From: Octopus bimaculoides | Taxonomy: Eukaryota | DNA: 64,000 nucleotides | Direction of reading: 5' to 3' | Assembly (NCBI RefSeq): GCF_001194135.2 | Contig: NC_068983.1 | Span: forward strand, 53,094,280-53,158,279 | Part shown: in pieces, positions 55,304-64,000 of the stretch | How the letters are laid out: each line of letters starts with the position of its first letter | Numbering within the stretch: the stretch's first letter is position 1 | Notes under the pieces: generated by a model | Told to the model about the DNA's origin: nothing | The model's database searches: none | Seen by the model: only the letters and a program-made list of their open reading frames with translations | Position numbers and translations under genes: made by a program

Positions 55304-55900
55304 TCATCATCGTTTAACGTCCGTTTTCCATGCTGGCATGGGTTGGACGGTTTGACAGGTCTGGAAAGCCAGCAGTTGTACCAGGCTCCAATCTGATCTC
55401 GCAATGTTTCTACAGCTGGATGCCCTTCCTAACGCCATCCACTCTAAGAGTGTAGTGGGTACTTTTTACATGCCTCCGGCATAGGAGCCAGTCAGATGGG
55501 CCTGGCATTGATCATGTTCACATAGTGTTTTTTACGTGCCACCAGCACAGGAGCCAGTTATGGGGTACTGGCATTGGCCACGTTCAGATGGTGCTTTTAA
55601 TGTACCATTGGCATGGGAGCTAGTCAAAGGGAACTGGCATCAATCACATTCAGATGATGCATTTTACATGCCACTGGAACAGGAGCCAGTCAGAAGGCAC
55701 TGGCCACAGCTATGATTTTGGTTTTACTTGACTCAACAGGTCTTCTCAAGCATATCATATCGCCCAACACATCAAGGGTACATTTAGATGGGCCGGACAT
55801 GCAACACTGGCATCGGCCATGGCTGTGATCTCACTTTACTTGTGGCGTCTTCTCAATCACAGCATATCTCCAAAGGTCTCAGTCTCCTGTCATTGCCTCT
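55304..55900 (-). mobile_element. RTE LINE 3' end with an internal 66-bp tandem array
   Basis: (CAT)n tail at ~55305; GAGC(C/T)AGT recurs at 55485, 55551, 55617 and 55683 (period 66); ORF2 C-terminal-like units at 55710-55900. Confidence 0.9.
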
Positions 55901-56497
55901 GACAGAGAAAACAATATTGTTAGGTATCAATACAGCAGGTCAACTAGATGGTACTGTCATCAGTTAGAAAACAACTCTCTCTCTCTCTCTCCCTCACACA
56001 CAGACAGGCCTTTGGTGTAAGAAGAAGTGAAAGCATTGAGTTACATAGTGAGGCTGTAATAGCAAGAGGGTTAGTGGACAGTGTTTCAGTTAGATATATA
56101 TATATACATACACTTCATTATACAAAGAAAATAGGCAATATTGTGAGTAAATACAGTGACTATGTGAAAACAGTTATAATTTGTACAGACTATTTAAACT
56201 TAATAATACCAATCAAATTGCTCATAACTAGTTTTGATTGAAGAGAAATATTTACTACTGAAAACATCTGTGGGTATTAAATTTTGTTGAAGCGGAAAAT
56301 ATTCCAATAACTTTTCACAAATTAAATAGAGATATTTTAATGATTTTTTTAAAAATTGTGTCAGTGTTTTAAGTATGAAATATAACTTTATTACACTTTT
56401 GTTGTTTAACCCTATTGTTATATTTTCTAGAAAGTTTTTAATGATCATAAAACTTCTTTGAAAATGTTTATTTGTCTGCATTTTTATTAACATATCA

Positions 56498-56902
56498 TGC
56501 AAGCATGGCTGTGTGGTGAGACATTTGTTTCTGAAACTACATGGTTCCAGGTTTAGTTCCACTGAGTGGCACCTTGGGCAAGTGTTTTCTATTATAGCCC
56601 TAGGCTGACCAAAGCCTTGCAAGTAGATTTGGTTGATAGAGATTGAAAGAAGCCTGTTGCATTTATATATGTATATATGTATGTGTGTGTCTCTGTGTTT
56701 GTATTTGCCGCACCACTATTACTTGATAACCAGAGTTGGTTTGTTTATGCAACTGTAACTTAGTGGCTTAGCAAAAAAGACTGATAGGATAAGTACCAGT
56801 ACCTGGCTTAAGAAAAGAAGTACTTGGGTTGATTTATTTGACTAAACCCTTCAAGGTGGTACTCCAGCATGGCTGTAATCCAATGACTGAAACAAGTAAA
56901 AG
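56498..56902 (+). mobile_element. Full-length SINE family A (tail 1)
   Basis: Colinear with 43856-44268. Confidence 0.9.
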
Positions 56903-57159
56903 TATATCTGTGATGTGTATATATCACAGGTCCACAATTTTAATATTTTAAAGTTAATATTTTAAATGGTAGTCTAATATATACTTGTTGCTTATGCCAG
57001 GACTGTGTTTATTTTTGGTTTTATTAAGATATATGAAATCAACCAGTACATCGTAACTTTACTTCACTTGGTCAGTGATTCAGAAATATATACTGCTTGC
57101 TTGGCTTTCAAAACAGCTAAGCACAAATTATGCTGTTGGCAAAGAACTAAGCTTTTACT

Positions 57160-57305
57160 GTATCTGTCTGTCTCTCTGTCTTTATCTGTCTGTCTGCCTT
57201 CTGTCTCTTTCTTACACACACTCAAGCACACACACACACAAGCACACACACACACACACACACACACAAGCACACACACACACAGATTGATTGGTAGACA
57301 GACAC
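57160..57305 (+). repeat. (CTGT)n and (CA)n microsatellites
   Basis: Direct reading. Confidence 0.9.
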
Positions 57306-58083
57306 ATAATTTATATAGAGTAATGTAATATAGGTATGTCAAATATTTATAAAATTATTGCTTTAATGTTCCAAAAAGTTGTTTAGAATATAAAATTACT
57401 CTTGCATGAATTTTTGTCTTTTCCTACAGTAGCAAATACATATTTTTAATACTTTATTTTAATAAAAAGATATTTTGAGATCTCTAGACATTTTTTTCTA
57501 CAATTGTTAACATAATTACCACAATGCTGGAAATGTGTAGGTGACGGATACAGTCAATTGGATCAACCAGTGTGTACAGGTTGACTTAATTAATACATTG
57601 TTAAAAAAAACATACTAAAAAATACATGATAGTATGTATTTCATACTGCATAAAGAGCAAAACCAAGCCAGGAAAGATTCCAGCTCTAAGTGTAGAGAAA
57701 CAAAACTAAATATTGCATTCATATTCCATTTGAATATTTATTCATGCTGCACTTGTGCATAATGACCATTACACTTTAGGACAGAGAAATCCCCAAAAGA
57801 TATATCTTGTTTCTAAAACTGATATTTTTCCCTTTTGGGTAATTTTTGAGGAACATTGTGTAATCAAAAGTGAAGCCAACAATAATGGGAAATGGCTTCC
57901 TTGAATTACAGAAATAATACTGCAAAATAGGTGAAATTACACACTGCTCACCAGCATTTAAAACATTTTTCACAAATTGTCTTCAGATTCCTCAGTTTTA
58001 AACATCTGAGATTCAGTGTTATACATCATTACATCTTAAATATATATATATATATATATATATATCTTTTAAAATAATGATTC

Positions 58084-58251
58084 TCAAAGCACATCACATA
58101 CAGCTATTAATAATCGCATGTAAATGTTGGGTTGAAAAAACACTTTTGGTTAGAAAAATTTAGAGGCTTTGATTTTTTTTTCTGTTCAAAAGGGATTCTT
58201 AATCCATTATTCACTTCTAATTTTTTTATAGCTGTATGTGATGTGCTTTGA
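58084..58251. repeat. Perfect 24-bp inverted repeat with a 120-bp spacer
   Basis: TCAAAGCACATCACATACAGCTAT (58084-58107) and ATAGCTGTATGTGATGTGCTTTGA (58228-58251). Confidence 0.95.
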
Positions 58252-58344
58252 TAGCTATTATATCAGAAAGGAATTATTTCACATTCTTTTGAAAGTTTAT
58301 AGAATTTTAATAATGTCAATAATATATATATATATTCTTCTATT

Positions 58345-58785
58345 CTTTTATTCTTTTACTTGTTTCAGTTATTTGACTGTGGCCATGCTGGAGCACTGCC
58401 TTTAGTCGAATCAAATCAACCCCAGGACTTATTCTTTGTAAGCCTAGTACTTTATTCTATCGGTCTCTTTTGCCGTACTCCTAAAATACGGGGACCTAAA
58501 TACACCAGCATCGGTTGTCAAGCGATTTTGGGGGGACAAACACAGATACACAACATATACACACACATACATATATATATACATACATATATACAAGGGA
58601 CTCTTTCAGTTCGCGTCTACCAAATCCACTCACAAGGCTTTGGTGGTCCTAGTATAATAGAAGACACTTGCCCAAGGTGTCATGCAGTGGGACTGAACCC
58701 GGAACCATGTGGTTGGTAAGCAAGGTACTTACCACACAGNNNNNNNNNNATGTGGTTGGTAAGCAAGGTACTTACCACACAGCCT
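58345..58785 (-). mobile_element. Full-length SINE family A (tail 1), spanning a 10-N gap
   Basis: Reverse complement of 43856-44268. Confidence 0.92.
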
Positions 58786-58811
58786 ATATATATATATATA
58801 TATATATATAA

Positions 58812-59017
58812 GACGGTGGGATGGCAGAATCATTAGCACAGTAGACAAATTACTTATTTTATACGTTTTTATGTTCTGAATTCAAATTCTACCGACATTC
58901 ATTTTGCCTTTCATCCTTTTGGTGTCAATAAAATAGTTACCAGCTGTACACTGTGGTTAATGTAATCAACTTTCCCCCCTCCCTGAAATTGCTGGCCTTG
59001 TGCCAAAATTTGAAACC
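58812..59017 (+). mobile_element. SINE family B
   Basis: GGCAGAATCATTAGCAC...TTCTGAATTCAAATTC...TTGCCTTTCATCCTTT.GG.GTC.ATAAAAT...AATTTGAAACC. Confidence 0.88.
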
Positions 59018-59049
<32 letters not shown>

Positions 59050-59055
<6 letters not shown>

Positions 59056-59930
59056 CTCTTACCCCTGCTGGCGACAAAGGGACTCTCACTCAGAGTAAAA
59101 GGCAGACTGTATGACGCATGCGTACGAACAACCATGCTACATGGCAGTGAAACATGGGCTGTAACTGCTGAGGACATACGTAAGCTCGCAAGGAATGAAG
59201 CCAGTATGCTCCGTTGGATGTGTAATGTCAATGTGAATACCCGTCAGAGTGTAAGTATCTTGAGAGAAAAGCTGAACATTAGAAGCATCAGTTGTGGCGT
59301 GCAAGAGAGACGATTGCGCTGGTATGGACATGTGGTGAGNNNNNNNNNNNNNNNNNNNNNNNNNNNNNNNNNNNNNNNNNNNNNNNNNNNNNNNNNNNNN
59401 NNNNNNNNNNNNNNNNNNNNNNNNNNNNNNNNNNNNNNNNNNNNNNNNNNNNNNNNNNNNNNNNNNNNNNNNNNNNNNNNNNNNNNNNNNNNNNNNNNNN
59501 NNNNNNNNNNNNNNNNNNNNNNNNNNNNNNNNNNNNNNNNNNNNNNNNNNNNNNNNNNNNNNNNNNNNNNNNNNNNNNNNNNNNNNNNNNNNNNNNNNNN
59601 NNNNNNNNNNNNNNNNNNNNNNNNNNNNNNNNNNNNNNNNNNNNNNNNNNNNNNNNNNNNNNNNNNTGCCAGTGCCCCTGGACTGGCTTGTGCGGGTGGC
59701 ACATAAAAGACACCATTTCGAGCGTGGCCGTTTTCGTGCGGGTGACACGTAAAAGCACCCACTACACTCTCTGAGTGGTTGGCGTTAGGAAGGGCATCCA
59801 GCTGTAGAAACTCTGCCAAATCAGACTGGAGCCTGGTGTTGCCATCCGGTTTCACCAGTCCTCAGTCAAATCGTCCAACCCATGCTAGCATGGAAAGCGG
59901 ACGTTAAACGATGATGATGATGATGATGAT
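59050..59930 (+). mobile_element. 5'-truncated, young-looking RTE LINE (ORF2 C-terminus, 3' UTR, (GAT)n tail), interrupted by an N-gap
   Basis: ELLPLLATKGLSLRVKGRLYDACVRTTMLHGSETWAVTAEDIRKLARNEASMLRWMCNV...RLRWYGHVV is open up to the gap and CpGs are retained; the 3' UTR ends GGACGTTAAAC(GAT)n. Confidence 0.95.
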
Positions 59931-59941
59931 ATATATATATA

Positions 59942-60154
59942 CAGTAGTCCCTCAACTATCGTGGGTGTTACATTCCCCATGATAGGTGAAAATCCACGAA
60001 GTAGAAACAGTACTGTACTGTATATTTTTTTATTATTTTTATAATTTGTATATATTTACTTTATTATAAATGCAAAACAACACCACGGAGGAATTGACGT
60101 ATGCTTAAATGATAAACTGCGATAGGCAACTCATGATATGGTGAAGGATTATCG
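59942..60154. mobile_element. Tigger/pogo-like MITE
   Basis: TA-CAGTAGTCCCTCAACTATCG left end; right end GATATGGTGAAGGATTATCG-TA is a decayed inverted copy. Confidence 0.65.
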
Positions 60155-60175
60155 TATAATAGATGCCATAGATGC

Positions 60176-60608
60176 AAGTGTAGCTGTGTGCTAAGAAGTT
60201 TGGTTCTCAGCCACAGGTTCAATCACACTGCATGGCATCTTGGGCAAGTCTCTTCTATTATAGCTCTGAGCCAACAGAAGCTTTGTGAGTGGATTTGGTA
60301 GATGGATACTGAAAGTTGAAAAATGTCTGTCATACACACATATAATATGTTTGTATACATGTGTGTGTGTTACTGTGTCCTTGCCTTGACATCACATGAT
60401 AGTTTACATTATGTGGTGTCCTTTACTCCCAGTCTTCCAAGGTAAACATGTCTTGTCATGGAGAAATATATATATTACCTTACTTGGAAACTGCTGAGGT
60501 TTGTTGACAAGAAGAGTAATCCTGTTATAAGGAATCTTCCCCCAACAAAACGCTATCCAACACATTGCGAGCATGAAAAAGTGGACATTAACAAAATGAT
60601 GATAATGG

Positions 60609-60659
<51 letters not shown>

Positions 60660-60665
60660 CGATGA
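60176..60665 (+). mobile_element. SINE family A head with RTE-like tail 2 and an expanded (GAT)n
   Basis: Head GTAGCTGTGTGCTAAG...CTTGGGCAAGTCTCTT; tail AAACATGTCTTGTCATGGAGAAAT...AAAGTGGACATTAA...(GAT)n at 60598-60665. Confidence 0.8.
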
Positions 60666-61372
60666 CGAGGAGGAGGAGGATGCCAGTTTTGATCTCGTTT
60701 AACTCCTATTACAGGACACATACACACATCCATTAAAAGATTTAAGTTTTAAAGACTTCAAATGAATAATTCTATTTCTATCTACTTTTTATAATCATTC
60801 ATATTTTTAAAAATAAATAAAATGTCCTCTTCTCAACAAGGCTAACCCACTATCTTAACTAAAGGATTTAATGTGAAATGACAACAATATTCTATAACAA
60901 TAACCTACTTCAAATGATTTATTTGCTTATTTACTTTGATTATTTATTGTCGTAGAAGAACAAATATTTCAAGGAGGAATTTTTAAAAACCATCTCTACT
61001 TTCATAATTAAAAGACTTTGAAGTTGTTTGCTTTGAATGCCAGACATTTAGGATCTGGAAATATTTTAAACTTAAAAATGTTTTATAATGATTATATATA
61101 AATGTGTGTGTGTGTGTGTGTGTGTGTGTATAAACTATGCAATAGATATATAAGCAGGGAAAATTTAACCATTTTTCTGGTAGATCAAAGGAATGAAGAA
61201 TAGCCTTAATCAATTTTTGAACCTCATTTGGTTCTCATCAGAGGTTTTATGCCATTCTCTGACCTATCCCAGTGAAATAAGTAGCCAATCTGTTCACATA
61301 CTCAACAAATATAGTAACTACAGAGAAGTGGATCCACTAACTTGCATACCATCTGTGTTTAACATTATTTAA

Positions 61373-61592
61373 CCCTTTCAATACCAACCTGGCTGAAACT
61401 GCCTCTGGCTCTGTAGTACATGTCTTGTTTTCATAAGTTTTGAATTAAGATCTTCTACCAACCCTTAGTCACAATTTATGTTCCTAATGCTAGCTTAATG
61501 GTAACTAAGTTGTTTTACTAAATTCTTTGGTATATTTAAAATTAATTGAAAGAAACACAGAGCATCTCAAATTAAATTCAGTAATGAAAGGG
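61373..61592. mobile_element. piggyBac-type MITE (220 bp)
   Basis: TTAA (61369-61372) CCCTTTCA...TGAAAGGG TTAA (61593-61596): TTAA target duplication and CCC/GGG termini. Confidence 0.88.
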
Positions 61593-61661
61593 TTAATATC
61601 AGTGGTTTGTCAGCATGAATGCCAGTCCACACAACATCAAGGCATAATATAATATATGTGA

Positions 61662-61881
61662 CCCAAGGTGGTGAGCTGGCAGAAACGTTAGCATGCCGGG
61701 CGAAATGCTTAGTGATATTTTGTCTGTCTTTACGTTCTGAGTTCAAATTCTGCCAAGGTCGACTTTGCCTTTCATCCTTTCGGGATCTATATATTAAGTA
61801 CCACTTGCATCCTGGGATTGATATAATCGACTGGCCCACACCTCCCCCCAAAAATCAGGCCTTGTGCCTAGAATAGAAAAG
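61662..61881 (+). mobile_element. SINE family B with an 11-bp target-site duplication
   Basis: AATATATGTGA at 61651-61661 and 61882-61892 flanks the element. Confidence 0.93.
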
Positions 61882-62044
61882 AATATATGTGAACTATGCA
61901 GTAGATATATAAACAGGATAAATTTAACTATTTCTTTGTAGATTGAAAAAAAATAATGAACCTTATTGGGTTCCCATCAGAAATGTCTACACCATTTTGA
62001 CTAATCCCAGAGAAATAAGTAGCCTATATATATTTGTTTTCATC

Positions 62045-62428
62045 TTTTATCTATTTCAGTCATTAGACTGTAGCCATGCTGGGGCACCGCCTTTAATTTT
62101 TAGTCGAATGAGTCAACCCCAGTACTTATTTTTCAAGCCTGGTACTTATTCTATTGGTCTCTTTTGCTGAACAACTAAGTTACATCGGTTGCCATATGGT
62201 GATGGGGGGGGGGGGGCAAACAGAACAGACACACACACATAAATATATATACATATACATACAACAGGCTTCTTTTAGTTTCCATCTACCAAATCTACTT
62301 AGAAGGCTTTGGTTGGTCCTAGGCTATAGTAGACAACACTTATCCAAGGTGCCATGCAGTGGGACTGAACCCAGAGCCGTGTGATTAGACAGCAAGCTTC
62401 TTACCACGTAGCCACTCCTGTGCCTATA
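62045..62428 (-). mobile_element. Full-length SINE family A (tail 1)
   Basis: Reverse complement of 43856-44268. Confidence 0.9.
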
Positions 62429-62435
62429 TATATAT

Positions 62436-63025
62436 CATCATCATCATCATCGTCGTCATCATTTAATGTCCACTTTTTCTACTAGCATGTGTTAGATGGT
62501 TTGACTGGAACGGGTGAGCCGGAGAACTGCACCAGGTTTCAGTCTGATTTGGCATGGTTTCTACAGCTGGATGCTTTTCTTAACACCAACCACTCTGAGA
62601 GTGGGTGCTTTTTATGGTAATGGCCACTACAAAGATTTCACAGGTGCCATTTACATGACATTGGCAATGGCCACAACTACGGTTTCACTTGGCTTGATGA
62701 GTCTTCTCAAGCATAGCATATCACCAAGGTCTTCGTCACTTGTCATTGCCTCCCTGATGCCCAACATTCAAAGACCATGCTTCACCACCTCGTCCCATGT
62801 CTTCCTGAGTCTACCTTTTTCACAGGTTCCCTCCACAGTTAGAGATCAGCATTTCTTTACATAGCTGTTCATGTCCATATGCATTACATGACCATACCAG
62901 CACATTAGTCTCTCTTGCGCACCACATCTGATGCTTCTTATACCTAGTTTTTCTCTCAAAACACTTACGCTCTGTTGCTCAAGCACACTGCCATTGCACA
63001 TCCAGCGAAGCATGCCAGATTCATA
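62436..63025 (-). mobile_element. 5'-truncated RTE LINE 3' end
   Basis: ORF 62846-63037: MLRWMCNGSV...VLREKLGIRSIRCGAQERLMCWYGHVMHMD; (GAT)n tail at 62436-62462. Confidence 0.92.
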
Positions 63026-64000
63026 CATCATCATCATTTAACATCAATTGTCCATGCCAGCATGGTTGGACAGCTTGACCGGGGCTGGCAAGCTGGAAGG
63101 CTGCACCAAGCTCCAGTTTGATTTGGCATGGTTCCTATGGTTAGATGCCCTTCCTAATACCAACCACTCTAAGAGTGCAATGGGTGCTTTTATGTGCCAC
63201 TGGCATGGGTGCATTTTGCATGATACCAGTATCTGCCATGACTGTGATTTTGCTTGACTTGATGGACCTTCTTCTCAAATGCAACATAATGCCAAAAGTC
63301 TTGGTCATTGCCTCTGTGAGGCCCAACACTCAAAAGGAGCTCAGCCATTTTGCCTCCATGAGGCCCAACGCTCTGAAGATGCTTTACGTGCCAGTTACAT
63401 GACTCCAGCATCAGCCACGATTACAATTTCACTTGGCTTGATGGGTCTTCTCAAGCACAGCATATCGCCAAAGGTCTCAGTCACCAGTCATTGCCTCCGT
63501 GAAGCCTAAAGTTTGAAGTTCATGCTTCACCACCTCATCTCATGTCTTCCTGGGTCTACCTCTATCACAGGTTTCCTCCACAATTAGAGACCGGCACCTC
63601 TTTACACAGCTGTTCTCATCCATATGCACCGCATGACCATCCCAGTACAGTCCTCTCTCTTGCACACCACATCTGATGCCTCTTATGCCTAACTTCTCCC
63701 AAGATGCTTACACTCTGTTGAACATGCTCACTAATATTGCACATCCAGTGAAGCAAGCCAGCTTCATTTCTTTCAAGCCTACGCATCTCCTCAGAAGTCA
63801 CAGGCCATGTTTCACACAGACATCATACAATCTGTCTTTCACTCTGAGAGAGCAGCCCTTTGTTGCCAGTAGAGGTGGGAGCTCTCTGAACTTTGCCCAG
63901 CCTAATCTGATTCTCAAAGCTATGCTCTCAGAGCACCCACCTCTGCTACTTACTTGGTCAACTAGATAACGGAAGCTATCTACTACCTCTAGCTCACACC
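63026..64000 (-). mobile_element. RTE LINE 3' part, continuing beyond the window
   Basis: VDSFRYL...GWAKFREL.PLLATKG...MRRLERNEAGLLHWMC...GRPRKT*DEVVK...LWRYAVLEKTHQAK*; duplicated C-terminal unit at ~63230-63350; (GAT)n tail at ~63026-63037. Confidence 0.93.

Noticed and set aside
55470-55710. CRISPR-like regular spacing
   Set aside because: The whole 66-bp unit is repeated with no unique spacers, it lies in a eukaryotic LINE UTR, and no cas genes are present.
58710-58782. Direct repeat ATGTGGTTGGTAAGCAAGGTACTTACCACACAG on both sides of a 10-N gap
   Set aside because: Most likely unmerged contig overlap, an assembly artefact.
59137-59855. Several long ORFs overlapping the RTE copy
   Set aside because: They are N-gap artefacts; only the + frame before the gap is real ORF2 sequence.
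60404-60736. Poly-His and poly-Met ORFs
   Set aside because: They are translations of the (GAT)n retroelement tail.

Overview
AT-rich eukaryotic non-coding DNA with five N-gaps (3222-3297, 7945-7954, 53769-54248, 58740-58749, 59340-59666). The SINE, RTE-LINE and microsatellite content looks like an Octopus genome; this is recognised from memory, not from a database search. I found no recognisable host protein-coding exon, and no rRNA, true tRNA gene or CRISPR array. The window is best read as a long intron or intergenic block, probably transcribed on +, because LINE remnants are mostly antisense and the strongest splice signals are on +. It is filled with transposon fossils: a mariner remnant, fragmented R4/Dong-clade (REL-endonuclease) LINEs, RTE and CR1 LINE pieces, about four SINE families, pogo/Tigger- and piggyBac-type MITEs, and many microsatellites. 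Most interesting: a recursive-splice-site/RS-exon motif at 28260; a modular SINE with swappable tails; a variable 66-bp tandem array in the RTE 3' UTR; a dense zone of inverted repeats at 54-64 kb (candidate dsRNA/ADAR substrates); and an old ~300-bp tandem dimer that keeps a double hairpin. Most coordinates of degraded elements are approximate, read by eye.
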